From assembly GCF_037042905.1 (NCBI RefSeq), contig NC_087252.1, positions 11,596,001 through 11,660,000 on the forward strand: a stretch of 64,000 nucleotides of DNA, in the 5' to 3' direction. How positions within the stretch are numbered: the first letter of the stretch is position 1; the number at the start of each line of letters is the position of its first letter. Positions 14,540-28,489 of the stretch are shown one piece after another. Below the pieces are notes generated by a model. That model searched no databases, was not told the DNA's origin, and saw only the letters and a list, made by a program, of their open reading frames with translations. Origin of the DNA: Lytechinus pictus (Eukaryota). A program made the translations under genes and the position numbers.

Positions 14540-17500
14540 TCAAAATTCTTCAATTCTAGAGCGTTTCGGAGGTTTCACAGAACGACCACTTCTTGTACTG
14601 TAAAGACATGGTTGGTTGGTACCTTGATCATTTTCAAGGTTGTGGCAGTTCTGTCTTTGATAGTTCTTTGGATTAGAACTCCTTTGTGCTTCTGGAAAAT
14701 TACGGAGTTCTCTCCTGTTCCTCCTCAATGTTCCTCCATTGGGGGTGTTCACAAGATAGGAACGAGGCTCCTTGCAAACACGTGTCACTGTGACTGGCAC
14801 CCACGTACCAGTACGTACATCTCTCATTGTAGCTTTCTGGCCGACATGAAGATCGGGAAGAGCCTTCACTCCATGTCTGTCATGATGTTCTTTTTGCTTT
14901 CCCTGCCGTTTAACGAGTAGACGGCGAACGTCCCTTGCTGAATCAGAAGAACTACTCATGAAGGGGAGGTTACTTCGAACCTTGCGGCCATAGAGTATCT
15001 CTGAGGGAGAAGGAATATCACTGCTAATAGGGGTGGTTCTCAGACACAGTAGTTCCATATAAATGTCTTGTTGTCCGAGACACTTCTCCATGACCCTCTT
15101 AACGGTCTGTATCGACCTTTCTATCAGACCATTGCTTCTGGGATAGTGCGGACTTTAAGTTACATGAGCGAAACCCCAAGTCTGACTGAAGATCTGGTAT
15201 TCTTCACTGGCAAATTGAGGCCCATTATCGCTGACAACTTTGCTTGGAACACCGTGTTCACTGAAGATAGACTTCGTCAGCTGTATAATTGCACTACTGG
15301 TGCATCTTCCTCTAACTTCCTTTACAAAAGGGCACTTTGAGAAATAGTCAGTGATAATCAGGTAATCTCTGTTGTTGAAGCAAAATAAGTCTGTCCCCAC
15401 TACCTCCCATGGTCCTTCTGGCACATCGTGTGGGACAAGAGGCTCATGTTGCTGTTTTCTCTGATTGGCCTGACAAATGGGGCATCCACGTGTTGTGTCT
15501 TCGACATCTTTGTCTATGCCAGGCCAGTAGACAGACGACTTAGCTCTCTGTTGAGACTTCACAATTCCTAAATGTCCTGTATGGATCATCTGAAGTACCT
15601 CATGTCTGAGTGGACCAGGAATGAATACACATTCCCCTTTCATGAGTATGCCATCCTCTACTGATAGTTTGTCGCGACAGGACCAGAACTTTCGGATATC
15701 CTTGGACAGCTCCTTTGGATCCTCTGGCCTACATTCTGTGACAACATTCACTAGCTTCCTGAGGGTTTCGTCATCATCCGTATACTTCCGAATTTCCTCT
15801 AGCTTATCATCAGAATATCGAACTGAGTGGATGGTGAGCTCAAAATCCAAGGTAGGCTCCTCGGCAGGGTTCAGGCGAGAAAGAGCATCAGCTAACATCA
15901 TGTCCTTTCCAGGGCAGTACACAACCTTGTAGTCGTAAGGTTGTAGCCTCAACATCATCCTCTGGAGTCTCGGCGGAGTATCAGCCAAATTCTTGTGTTG
16001 TATATTCTCAAGAGGCTTATGGTCTGACTGGGTGACGAAACTAGAACCAAACACATATGTGTGGAACCTGGTACATCCAAAGACGACCGCCAATAGTTCC
16101 CGTTCTATGTTGGCATATCTCTGCTCTGTAGGAGTGAGTGCTTTACTAGCAAAAGCAACAGGCTTGTTGTCTTGCAAAAGTGCCGCTCCTACCCCCTTCA
16201 AGGAAGCATCAACCTGTATCACTGTTGGTTTACGAGAGTCAAAGTATGTCAGTGTTGTAGATTCACTGATCCTATCTTTCAGTGCTTCAAAAGCTTGTTG
16301 ATGTGTGGCATTCCACTGCCACTCACTATCCTTGCGTAGCAAACCACAGAGTGCATCAGTGTGATCCGCCATGTGTGCGACAAATGGTGATAGATACTGG
16401 ACCATTCCTAGAAACTTCTGAAGATCCTTCACATTGTCTGGAGGCGGTATCCTCTTGATGCTTTCCACTTTATCAGGGTCTGGGTGCACACCTGCAGCAT
16501 CATAGTAACACCCAAAGAACTTCACTGATGGGATGCTACACTCACACTTGTCTGGATTGAAAACCAGACCGAATTCTCGTGACACCTTCATCAGATTCAC
16601 AAGATTCTTATCGTGCTCCTGTTGGTCTTGACCAAACACAACGATATCATCAGCTATCCCGATGGTTCCTGGACACTTCTCTAATATTATGTCCATTTTT
16701 TCTTGGAAGACATTCTGAGAGACATTCAGACCAAAAGGCAGTCTCAAATATCGGAAGCGTCCAAAAGGAGAATTGAACGTTGTCAAGAAGCTTGACTCCT
16801 CGTCCAAGACGACACTCCAATACCCATGACGAGCTTCCAGCTTGCTGAACACCTTGGCCCCACTCATCTTGTGAGTGATTTCTTCAAGAGTAGGTGTCTT
16901 GTGGTGCGTTCGCTTTGTAGCCCTATTGAGATTCTTAGGGTCGAGACAAATCCGGAGTTTGCCATTCGCCTTACGACTAACAGCCAGAGAAGACACCCAA
17001 TCGGTAGGCTCTGTCACTTTGGTAATGACACCAATGTCCTCCATACGATGCAGTTCTTGCTCCAACTCATCCTTCAAGTGGATGGGTAACCTCCTCGGAG
17101 GATGCACTGCAGGTTCAGCATCTTCGCGAAGTGTCAGATGAAATGTACCTGGAAATTTACCAATGCCCTTGAATATGTCAGGAAACCTTGAGCGGAGATC
17201 TTCCTTATCCCTTATTGGCTCGGGATTGATCTCAGATACTACGCAGTTGAGTGTCACCAGCTTCAGCTGACGCGAACTTGACAATCCAAGAATTGCTGGG
17301 CCATTGGTATCAACCACATAGAAGGTTGTCCTTTCCCAGTCTCCTTCACCGTACTTGCATCTAAAGCTAACACATCCATAATATGGTACCTGTGTTTCAT
17401 TGATGCAAACCAGAATTGTCCTCTTCTGCGTCAGTGACTGTCTGATGGGGCGACATCTTTCATCAATCTGCTTAGGGTAAGCTTGCTTGAAGACTCTTGC

Positions 17501-17788
17501 AGGAAGAATATTCCCTTGTGCACCCGTATCTACCTTCACCTTGAGTGTGTGGTTTCCAGGCCTGTGATCGAAAGAGACATCCAGTGTAGAAATCACCTCA
17601 TCTCTATTATCCTTCTCAGGAATACTGTCAACGTGGAGCTTCATCACGATGCTTCCGAGGGATAAACTGTCAAAAGTCTCTTCAAGTCCTTGGGTATCAT
17701 TTCCTTTGATGTCAACTGGGTGAACATCCCTCTTCCTTTCCTTGCCTCTCTTGCCATGCTTCTGTGACAGGTGAGAATTGGACTTCAA
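14540..17788 (-). pseudogene. pol: Gypsy pol (protease, RT, RNase H, integrase) with a premature stop at 15155 and a frameshift near 15110
   Basis: VDTGAQ (PR); RICLDP, LPFGL, IADD (RT); VDAS, ERELLA, SDHKPL, ADALSR (RH); HTGHLG..CPIC, TDLF, SDNGPQF (IN); C-terminal PRSY..RRNRR. Confidence 0.93.
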
Positions 17789-17818
17789 AGCCTTGTTAGG
17801 TCCTCTGTCTTTATCCTG

Positions 17819-18550
17819 CTAGGAGCGATTAGGACAGCATTTCCTCCAGTGGCCATTCTTACCACAAGCGTTACATGTAGACTTATATGCAGGACACGCC
17901 TTGGGTAGATGCAGAGTAGCACAAAACCTGCACTTCTTTGGCTTCTGGAAAACATGAATATCAGCCTTGTCCATAGCCTGCAGTTGGTGCATATGAGCAG
18001 AGCTTGCCTCATGGGCCCTTGCGATATCAATCGCACCTTCTAAGGTAAGAGTACTATCCTTTGCCAACAGCAACTTCTGCACTTTTGGGTACTTGACACC
18101 TGAGATCATCACCTCAATTATACGCTCATCCATCATCGTGACTCCCTTGTCCTCGTCCCGTCCGGACACCTGGACCTTGGCAGGAAACATACACTTTGCC
18201 GCTTTGGACTTGCATCGAAGTACAAAATCTTCTATAGACTCAGCATTATCCTGTCTGAATCTCTGAAACTCCAGCCTATGAATGCGAAAATTCTCTGCCG
18301 GCTGAACCTGATTGGCAAAATGCGTCCATATGTTTTTGGGATCAGCACACTGTTCCTCACTGAGGTCCCATGTATTGAACATACGCAGACCTTCTCTACC
18401 AGACCACATTACTATATAGTTATACTGTTCTTTGTCTGGAATGTTCTTCACTCGAAACCACATGTTCGAGATCTGCTTGAATTCCCTGAAAGCCTGAGTC
18501 CTATCAGGGCAATTCCAATCAAACACAGGTGTAGGAATAGGCGCAGCCAT
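17819..18550 (-). CDS. gag: Gypsy gag, 243 aa, with CCHC zinc knuckle
   Basis: FRQDNAESIEDFV..LTLEGAIDIAR; CNACGKNGHWRKCC; in frame with pol across a single TAG. Confidence 0.88.
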   Translation of the reverse strand: MAAPIPTPVFDWNCPDRTQAFREFKQISNMWFRVKNIPDKEQYNYIVMWSGREGLRMFNTWDLSEEQCADPKNIWTHFANQVQPAENFRIHRLEFQRFRQDNAESIEDFVLRCKSKAAKCMFPAKVQVSGRDEDKGVTMMDERIIEVMISGVKYPKVQKLLLAKDSTLTLEGAIDIARAHEASSAHMHQLQAMDKADIHVFQKPKKCRFCATLHLPKACPAYKSTCNACGKNGHWRKCCPNRS

Positions 18551-21500
18551 GATGCTTGATACGTAACCTGCTTAAGAAAGAATTGGTGTTTATAATCCTT
18601 TTTACCCAAAGATTATGTCAGTCTGTGGTTAACACAACATTCTGCCAATCTTTACACATAGCATAGAAATAACCACATCAGGATTTGAAAAACACAATAT
18701 CAATATAGCATAATATGCAAAATCAATAATCACATCGCACATTACATTCATGTGACAAAAATGCACATTTAGAATAGACCTATACGGCATCAATGAGATT
18801 TGATGAACACAATACAATGTATCAATATAGCATAATATGCAAGATCAATTATCACAAAATACATAACATTCATGAGATAAACATGTACAGCGCGCATAAT
18901 AGACAGCAATGACCTGTCAGCTGTAAGAGCTAATTCTCAATCCAGAATGTAAACATGTTCAACATAGCATACATTATACACAGATTCAATTTGAAATTTA
19001 CAATTGAGTCATTTTGTGATCCACAACTGAGTCCAACTGTAAATTAAGTCCAAGTTCACTTCAACCTAAATCTGTTAGATATTGGCGTAGTCCAAGTCTC
19101 TGAATTTAATTCTACTTGCATAGATCTAATCACTTTTCATATCAAGTCCTGGCATCCATGAATAGTCAAAGTACATCTGTTTGCTGCTGAACACAATGTC
19201 CTTTCCACTTGAAGTCTTTACTCGTTGGTCCCACCAGGCGCGGATCCAAGATTTTGTGGAGAGGGGGGCCCAAATTTGACCTGATTTTTGGCGCCCATGT
19301 GTACTTTTCGAAAAATGGCGCCCCCTTCCTCCCGGCCAGGCTAACTTAAATGTAACTTAAATGTTTTTTGAATTATCTTATTACATAATCACATTAAAAA
19401 AAGGCAATTAAAGACCACTTTTTTAATGTGTTCTTGAAAAAAAAATCCATGAATATATAACGTAATATCAATGGGAGCGCGAAGCGCGAGCGATTTTTGG
19501 GGGTCTCAATTTGGTTTAACTTCTCACCAGAGTAGGCCCTACTAGAATATTGTGTGAACGGGAGCTGTAGTTTCTTTACTAGTTGTTTAGAATAGCCTTC
19601 AATAATATCAATGATAACCTCTTGGGAATAATGCAATCTCGAAGCAATCGACTCAATCTCCTCATCAGTGGCGAAGCTGTGATTTATTCAGCAGGGTTGC
19701 ACGGGGGGGGGGGGGGGGGGGGGCTTGTTGAACTTTTGTAGAGGGCACCAAGATAAAAAAAAATAAAATAAAATTGGGGGGTAGAAGTTAAAGAAATTCC
19801 GAAATTTTATTCTTAAAAACACATTGAGGTATCTCACAAGGCCTAAATAAATAATGATAACGCGAAGCGCGATATATTTGGAAAATAATATTATATTTCA
19901 CCATAATCCCTTTCCTTTTCTCTCTTTTTTTTTGGTCGTGATTTTTTTTTTTTGGGGGGGGGGGGCAAAACGCCCATGTCCTAACAGTCATTTCCTAGCT
20001 TTACTTTATAAACAACATTAATGTGCTATAATCTCATAAGCCCTATGCGAGATAAAAAAATAATTAAATTTCATGTATTTTGACCTGAAAATTGAACATT
20101 CTGGGCAATGTTTGTGAACCTGAACAAGATGCGTATGTAACTAGATAATTACTACGAGCGCGAAACGCGAGCAGAAATTTTTAATGTGCGTTCTGGCCTG
20201 GTCGAAAAGGGACCTGTTAAGGAAATTTTGCAGTTAGCCATTAAGACGATACATATTTTCAACGATTAAATAATGCGAGCGCGAAGCGCGAGCTGAACAT
20301 TTTTTATATTCCAACCTAAAAAATTTGATTTCAAACCCCCAACGGGACACTCGATTCATGTTTTGTCACTCATGAAAAATGATGAGTAGTTTTTGGTATC
20401 TTCCTACATTAATAATGCGAGCGCAAAGCGCAAGCAGAAAATTTTTGATATTCTGATCTGAAACTGGATAATTTTAGCACGTTTTGAATAAGATCAAGAT
20501 GCGTATCTCAATAAACATGCGTGCACGTGTTTTAGAGTTAGACAGAATCTGGGCATTCTGAATACATTTCATTTTTCATCATGAAAATCAATAATGCGAA
20601 CGCGGATCGCGAGCTGGAAATAATATTTGAAATTCCGATATGAAATGGGTCAATTTAAGCAATATTTAAAGCACTGTGTATATAGGGGAATTGTGAAGTG
20701 GATGTGGAAAGCACTTAATAAATGATGCGAGCGCGAAGCGCGAGCTGATATTTTATTATTATTTTAAACTAGGATCGATAAATTTTAGGCCTAAGGACAT
20801 TTTGTCATTATATAAAAATAAATGATGCCTATCTTCTATTCCTCTTCCTAAAACATGTCGATATTTTTTTTCTGAAAAAGGGACAATTTAGTTATGAATT
20901 CATAATTTTTTTAATTTCATATTTATTAATCTAATAAGCCTAATGAGTACGTAAAATTTGTTGACAGTGCATGAGGCCTGAAAAACTGGATATTTTATAT
21001 TTTTTGTAATCATGAACAGGATTCAAGGGTTGATACATTTATAGCAAATAATGCGAGCGCAAATCGCGATCCGATTTTTTTAAATGGGGGGAATTCAAGT
21101 AGTTTGTTATAGAATATATAGGTACAGTGGCGTACCGTGGGTCACCACCACAAATTTGGTGTCACTTAGGGAGTGCGCTCAGTTGCCAGGTATACTGACC
21201 TAACAGAGAAATGTTAAGGACATGCAATGCCATTAAACGGATAAGTATCTCACTGGTTAAATAATGCGAGCGCGAAGCGCGAGCTGAAAATTTTTGATAT
21301 TCAGACCTAAAAGGGACATTATAAGCAATTTTTTTGTAATCGTGATACGTACCTGTCTCGCTAAACAATCAATGCGAGCGCGAAGCGCGCGCTGAAGTTT
21401 TTGTATATATTGACCCCAAACAGGGACATTTTAAGGACTATATTTTAGGTATCCATTAAGAGTATAAATATATCACCACAGTCATCTAATGATAGTGCCA

Positions 21501-21612
21501 TCCTATGCTGATTTTGTTAGAATTACATCTAAACACATGAAGCACTTTTTGTAGTCATTGTAATCATGATTATCATACGGATCTCACTAATCAAATACTG
21601 CGAGCGCGAAGC

Positions 21613-23367
21613 CAGGGACCTGGGAACGATTTTTTTAGTGGGGGTGCTGAAATCTCTCCTCAAAGGTGGGGGGGAGGGGACACAATTGAGTTTTCCATAA
21701 TTACACACACACATACACCTCTAAGGGCACCACATACACACCCATCAACCCACGCACACACACACACACAAACACGCACACACATATATATATATATATA
21801 CATATATATATGACAGTCACTCCTTAGCTTTCTTCTTATAAAAGAACATATATAGATATACTGTATAATTAGATAACTCGATAACTGAAGCACGAGCTAT
21901 TTTTTTGGGGGAAACTTCTTGTATTTTGTCCTGAAAATTGAACATTTTGAGCAATGTTTGTGGTCCTGAACAAGATGCGTATGTAACAAATAATAACTGC
22001 GAACGCGATCAGATAGTTTTTTTAGATACGCTCTGGTCTGATCGAAAGTGAACTGTTATAAGGACTGTTTGCAGTAACCCATTAAGACGATACACGTATC
22101 AACAATCAAATAATGCGAGCGCGAAGCGCGAGCTGAAAAATTTGACATTTCGACCTAAATACTGGACATTCTAAGCACTTTTTGTAATCATGAACAGGAT
22201 AGGTATATAACTACATAATTGATGCGAGCGCGAAGCGCGATCGGAAATAAAAATGAGATTTCAGACCTAAATACGGGACATCTTAAGCACTTTTCTAATC
22301 ATGAACAGGATAGGTATATAACTATACAATTGATGCGAGCGCGAAGCGCGACCGGAAACAAAATTGAGATTTCATACAAAAAAACGAGACATTCTAAGCA
22401 CTTTTCTAATAATGAAGAGGATAGGTATATAACTATACAATTGATGCGAGCGCGAAGCGCGAGCGGAAATAAAAATGAGATTCAGACCTAAAAACGGGAC
22501 ATCTTAAGCACTTTTCTAATCATGAACAGGATAGGTATATAACTATACAATTGATGCGAGCGGAAACAAAATTCATATTTCAGACATATAATCGGGACAT
22601 TCTATTCATGTTTTGTAAATCAAGAAAATGATGGGTAATTGGATATATTCTTATATTAATAATGTGAGCGCGAAGCGCGAGCAGAAAATGTTTGATATTC
22701 CGATCTGAAAAAAGGGTGAATTTAAACACTATTTTAAGAACTGTGTCGGAAAATTCTGAAGTGGGGGGGGGGGGGTTACAAAACGTCGTTCATTTTCATT
22801 ACATTTCTGTCATTTATCAATTTACCACTAGATTTCCAGGAGGTGCTGCCTATGGAAAATAACACATGCAGCACCCCCAAATTTTGGGGGTGCTTCACCC
22901 CCAGCACCCACGCTTCCCAGTGCCATGGGACAGGGCGAAAGAGACTGTGAAATTTGATTTCTGTTGTCTGACTTGTAATTGTTTATACAAAACACGGGCG
23001 GTCGGGCGCGCGCACACTTGATTCGACATAAAACCTGGAAGTTTCAAGTCCAACCACACCCTTATCCCATATGTCCCTCCCTGCTTTGCTATCAAGTAGT
23101 GTGTAAACTATGATTATCACGTATCGCGCGCGACCACGTATGTATCGGAGTGCCGGAGCTTGATTGAGTCGCGTTATAGGAGGGATGTTATTGGATATGT
23201 GAAAGACTACTGTATGTAAATGATTTGCGATTGTCGGATGTGATAATAATGTACATTATAACATATATAAAAAATACAAACTGAAAGGGAACCTGATTTC
23301 GTGGGGGTGCTGCCTATGGAAAATAATACACGCAGCACCCCCAGCACCCCCGCTTCCCAGGTCCCTG
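21613..23367. mobile_element. hAT-type MITE nested inside the 19235-26446 element
   Basis: TIR CAGGGACCTGGGAA / TTCCCAGGTCCCTG; 8-bp TSD CGCGAAGC (21605-21612, 23368-23375). Confidence 0.9.
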
Positions 23368-23999
23368 CGCGAAGCGCGAGCTGAAAATTTATGAAATTCA
23401 GACCTGAAGAGGGGCATTCTAAGGCTTGTTTGTAGGAATTCACTAAGTCCTTACGTATTTCACTAACCAAATGATGCGAGCGCGAAGCGCGAGCTGAAAA
23501 TTTTTGATATTCAGATCAGAAAAATTGACATTTTAAGGACTGATTTTAGGAATTCATGAAGAGCAGACATCTCACCAATCAACTAATGCGAACGTTAGCA
23601 CGGACAGGAAATGTTTTATATTAAGACCTTAAAATTGGGCAATCACTTTAAGTAGTCATGAAAAAGAAGCAAATGTCACTACATAAAACAATAATAACTC
23701 GAATTGTGAGGAAATATATTTGGTGTATATTGATTTGAAAACGGGATGTTTTAGTACAACAGGATTATACATCTCGTTAAACAGTCTATGCGAGCACCAG
23801 GAACAATGAAGACATAGGCCCTGAGCAAACTGTTTCTTAAAGTCATGAAAAAAATGCTACTTATGTAACATAATTATGATAATATAATATAACATTATAA
23901 TAAACAATAATTTCTTCTATCCCCATTACGTTTATCTTCCTTTCTCCCTCTTTTTCTCCTTTTCCCCGATTTTTTTTTTTTTGGGGGGGGGGGGGCACG

Positions 24000-24573
24000 T
24001 GCAATCGAGGCACCTAAAAAGGAATATTTTGAGAATCTTATATGAAATACACAAAGATAATAGGTAGGCCTACAACATTTAAAAGTTTCGCTTAATTTCA
24101 CAAACCAGTTATATTCACATCCTTGTGGGTATGCAAATGAGGAGACTGATGACATCACTCACTCACTACTTCTTTTTGTATTTTAGTGTATGAAATATGA
24201 AATATTCAATTTTTCTCCGTTGTCGTGTGAAACAACGATTAATTCCTCCATGAACATGAGCAATTAGCATTGTTTAATACTAAATGGTTCAATCAAGTTG
24301 GTCCATATTGTAAAATCTGTAAAAAATGAAATATTGTATAATTCTAACAATAAAAAACAAAGGAATTAGTGAGTGAGGGACATCATCGACTGTCTCATTT
24401 GCATGTCACTGAGTTGTGCATATCACTGTTTTGTGAAAAATAAGCAAAATTTTAAAATGTCATAATTTTCTTATTTTACATCCGATTTTGATGAAATTTT
24501 CAACATAATGCTTGTTTGATTTTTCTCTATTTATTCGAATCAACATTTTTTTGGGGGTGGACTTGTCCTTTAA
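24000..24573. mobile_element. Fragment of a probable Kolobok-like (TTAA-target) element
   Basis: Ends in GGTGGACTTGTCCT|TTAA; no partner terminus found. Confidence 0.4.
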
Positions 24574-25224
24574 GAAATGAATGCGAGCGCGAAGCGCTAG
24601 CTGAAAACTTTTTTATGATAAAATGAAAAGGACATTTTCATTCGTTAGATTAGAATATAAAATATTTTCAGCTTGTGCTTCTCGTTCGCATAAAAAAAAC
24701 TGTGAGGTCGGGATGCTTACATAACTAAAAAGTGATGCGAGCGCGAAGCGCGAGCTCAATTTTTTTTATATACTGACTTAAGAAGGACTCTTTTAACGTA
24801 TAATTCCTATTCTAAAAGTTTCTCCTTTTTCTCTTCGTCTTTTTTTCTTTTTCTTTCCTTTTTTGCGCCACCATGGGGGGGGGGGGGCAAAAACTTTGCC
24901 CCCTGGATCGGCCTATGTATATTGACTTGAAAAACACTAACATTTTAAGGACTTATGTACGTGTGATCGATGGAGAGGATACACACCTCACTAATCAAAT
25001 ATTGCGAGCGCGTAGCGCTAGCTGAATTTGATATTAACCCCTTTTCTGACCCTGAACAGGATACCTATCTCGCCAAACAAACTTCAAACTCGAGCACATT
25101 GATTTTTGTCTATTATCGTAAAAACGGGATAGTTTAATTCAGCCGCATTAATTTAACCTTTTTGAGCAGGGAATAAATTTCACTATAAACAGGCAATACG
25201 AGCAATGTTGCGCATGAAATTGCA

Positions 25225-25770
25225 TGGAGCCCCCTAAGTTCAAGGTCAATTTGGCGCCCTCGGTTGAACATGAATTTGGCGCCATGTGAAATATCACTTG
25301 CCCTCCCTCTTCTGAAATATGTATTTGTCGCCTAATGGTCAAACATCAATTCTGATCGAGCCCCCCTAGTTCGAGTATCAATTTGGCGCCCTCCTAGTTC
25401 GAACATCGATTCGGCCCCATCCCCCCCCCTAGTTCGAGTATCAATCTGGCGCCCCCAGTTCGAACATCATTTTAACATCCATTCGAACATCATTTCGGCG
25501 CCCTTCTAGTTCGACGAATATCAATTCGGCGCCCCTACATGTAGGTCCAACATCAATTTGGCGCCCCTAGTAGTTCGAATATCATTTCGCCCCCCCCTGG
25601 CTCGAGGATCAATTTGGCGCCCCCTAGTTCCAACATCAATTTGGCGCCCCTACGTCAAACATCAATTCGCCCCCCCCCCCCCCTGTTCGAACATCAATTC
25701 GACCCCCAGTTCGAACATCATTTTGACATTCCTTCGAACATCATTTCGGCGCCCTTTTGGTTCGAACATC
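25225..25770. repeat. Minisatellite (GGCGCCCC..TAGTTCGAACATCAATT unit)
   Basis: More than 10 degenerate ~30-bp copies. Confidence 0.85.
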
Positions 25771-26390
25771 ATTTTCTTTCCTCCTCTTCCTCTTTTTTTC
25801 TTCTCGTCCCTCCCCCTCTTCCTCTCCCCTTTTCTTCTTTTCTTTCCCCCTTTCTCTCTCTTTTTTCTTCTCTTCTTTCTTCCCTCTTCCTCTTTCTCAT
25901 TTTTTCTCTTATTCCTTTTCCCCTCTTCCTCTCTCTTTTCCCCTCTTCCTCTTTTTTCTCCCCCTCCCCCTCCCTTTTCTTCTCTTCCTTCCCCCTCTTC
26001 CTCTTTTTTTATCTTTCTTTCCCCTCTTCTCCTTTTTCTTCTTTTCTTTCCCCTCTTCTTTTCTTTCCCCTCTCTTCTTTCCTCCCTCTTCCTCTCTCTC
26101 CTTTTTCTCCTTTTCCTCCTTTTCTTTTCCCCTCTTCCTCTTTTTTCTTCCCCCTCTTCCTCCCCCTCCCTTTTCTTTCCCCTTTTTCCTCTCTCTCTCT
26201 TTTTCTTCTCTTCCTTTCCCCTCTTCCCCTCTCTCTCCTTTTTTCTCCTTTTCCTTTCCCTCTCTTTTTCCTTCTCTTTCTTTCCCCTTTTCTTCTCCCT
26301 TTTCCTTCCCTTCCTTCCCCCTCTTCTTTTTCTTCTTTTCTTTCCCCTCTTCCCCTCTTTTTTCTCTTTCTTTCCCTCTCTTTTTTTTTT
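25771..26390. repeat. ~620-bp polypyrimidine/polypurine tract
   Basis: Almost only C and T on the + strand. Confidence 0.95.
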
Positions 26391-27220
26391 GCCAAGGGGG
26401 GGGGGGGGGGCAAGGCCCCCTCGGCCCCCCCATGGATCCGCGCCTGGGTCCCACTCACCAGGTCCAAAAATTCACAGCTTAGTCCTTCATCTCTATTCCT
26501 AGTCCTCGACATCACCGTCAGTCCAACCAGCATGACCAGGTCCAGGGTTTGGGCATCACGAAATGGATATCACTCTGTCTCAGCAGCTAAACATATTCCA
26601 AAACCAGCACAGGAAATGATGAAAACTCCACTCATTTAGGTTTAGACCAGGTCCAAGACACATGGTCCAGAAATGTAGTCTACAGTTTCCATCAATACAT
26701 ATCCACAAATAAGTTTAACGTTAGACTGGTCCAAATAACAATTGCTCAACAAGAAAACAATTAGGCTAGATCTAAGTCTAGAGCACAGCAAAGCGTCCAA
26801 ATATCAATAATATTGAACCAGTTTGTACTCACGATGTTCAGCTTTCTACTTTAGCTCCAAAGCGATGTGCGGCATTTATACTAAGATCTCCCCAAGGCCA
26901 AGATCCGAGTAAGTTACTGTTAATTCTCACTGCAAAATTCGTCCAAATGCACGGTATCGATAACACATGTCATCAGCCAATGATCAGGTCTAACGAGTAA
27001 CGTTACGCGTCGGCTCCCCAAAAGCTAACGAACGTTCATCCTCTGTTCAAAATACAAGTGCTCACGAGTCACGGTCCTCTATCATCCGTAGTCGAAACAG
27101 CGGAAGATCCGGCAACTCAGTCCAGACTAGTACAGTCTACACTAGTCCAGGTTTCACTTCAGCAAACCACAGTTCACTCCTACTTCCAATCAGACAGAAG
27201 CCTAAACAAAACTGTGAGGC

Positions 27221-27312
27221 CAGGGCGTCGATCCATTTTTCAGATTGGGGGGGGGGGGGCGAAATCATTAACGTTCCAAAGGCGCTCGATCGTACAAAAC
27301 ACCCACCCACAC

Positions 27313-27404
<92 letters not shown>

Positions 27405-28042
27405 GTATATATCTATATATATGTATGACTCATGAGACACAGACACGTATCTCACTACACAGATAGTACGAGTGCCGAGAGTGAGCTCAAATTTCTTTAT
27501 ATTCTCAGCTGAAAACTTGATATTCTAAGCATTTTTGGTACCAATGATTAAGATTTGTATCTAAAAGAGAATAGATGCGAGCGCGAAGCGCGAGCTGAAA
27601 ATTTTGATATTTCGATCTGAAAAAATGACAGTTTACTGGACGTTTTTGAAAAAGAACAAGCTATATATCCAAGAAAAGATGATTGCAAATTGAAGCAGTT
27701 CTTTTGAGGCTTAGAACTGAAAATGGGACATTTACATTCACCAATTTAATCATGAAAAGTATGGGTTTTTGCTACAGAAATGATGCGAGCGCGAAGCGCG
27801 AGCTGAAAATTTTTATATTCCAATCTGAAAAGCTGACATTTTGAGCACGATTTTAAATAAAGAACGAGTTGTGTATCTCAATCTCGCTTGCTGAACATTA
27901 CAATCTTGTTTTTTTTAAATGCATATCCGGAATTATTGGGGGGGGGGGGGCAATATGATATGTTTGCCCCCCCAATATTTTCATTGGTGGGGCGATCGCC
28001 CCCCCCTGCCCCCCCCCCCCCCCCCCAGGATCGACGCCTCTG
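27221..28042. mobile_element. hAT-type MITE, family A
   Basis: TIR CAGGGCGTCGATCC / GGATCGACGCCTCTG; TSD TGTGAGGC / TGTGAGGG (7/8); body matches 12882-13649. Confidence 0.88.
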
Positions 28043-28261
28043 TGTGAGGGTTCCCTTCCGAGTCCGATCGTTTGACCTCAAATCGATCAGCGATCCAATG
28101 CGCGTACAGCCTAGCCCGATCCGGACCTCCAGCTACGGTACACAACACCGGTACCGGTACACACACGCATTCCAGTCCAGCAGACGGTCCATTGATCCTC
28201 CAACGCTCCCGGTAACCCCGTCAAATGTCCAGTATTTCACATTTCTGACATGAGTTCAGTT

Positions 28262-28277
28262 CCGCTCGCTGCCACCA
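28262..28277 (-). promoter_or_regulatory. Primer-binding site, tRNA-Leu-like
   Basis: TGGTGGCAGCG directly after the 5' LTR; complementary to a tRNA 3' end ...CGCUGCCACCA. Confidence 0.75.
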
Positions 28278-28489
28278 TGTAAATTACGTTTAATAAGTGG
28301 AATGACACTGTATATCACTGAGATGGACACATGACTGATTGAACTCGACTCTCAAATAACAAGTTTATTAACAACAACTCGGAGCCGTAGTTCTTACATC
28401 TCGGTTACATGTCGCGTTGCCTAGCAACCCCTAGCAACAACTTAGCAACCACGCGCATGCGTAAACATATATCATATCGTAACATGACA
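28278..28489 (-). repeat. 5' LTR of the Gypsy element (212 bp)
   Basis: TGTCATG...TTTACA on the minus strand; L2 coding sequence resumes at 28490. Confidence 0.92.

Larger units (their letters stand above)
19235..26446. mobile_element. 7.2-kb composite non-autonomous hAT-type element in the Gypsy 5' leader
   Basis: TIR CAGGCGCGGATCCA / TGGATCCGCGCCTG; 8-bp TSD GGTCCCAC (19227-19234, 26447-26454); contains further nested MITEs. Confidence 0.9.
12769..28489 (-). mobile_element. Ty3/Gypsy LTR retrotransposon (Mag/SURL-like), ~6.9 kb after removing nested inserts
   Basis: 5' LTR 28278-28489 (TG...CA); PBS next to it; PPT AAAGAAGGGGGA beside the 3' LTR; gag-PR-RT-RH-IN domain order; LTR pair differs by about 4 substitutions and 2 short indels. 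Confidence 0.93.

Noticed and set aside
14429..17665. Several + strand ORFs over the Gypsy pol region
   Set aside because: Antisense frames without recognisable motifs
21125..24000. Possible extra nested hAT element starting CAGTGGCGTACCG
   Set aside because: No matching right TIR or TSD found, so it is not counted as a nesting level
25558..26639. Long F/L/P/S-rich and K/R/E/G-rich ORFs on both strands
   Set aside because: Artefacts of a stop-free polypyrimidine tract
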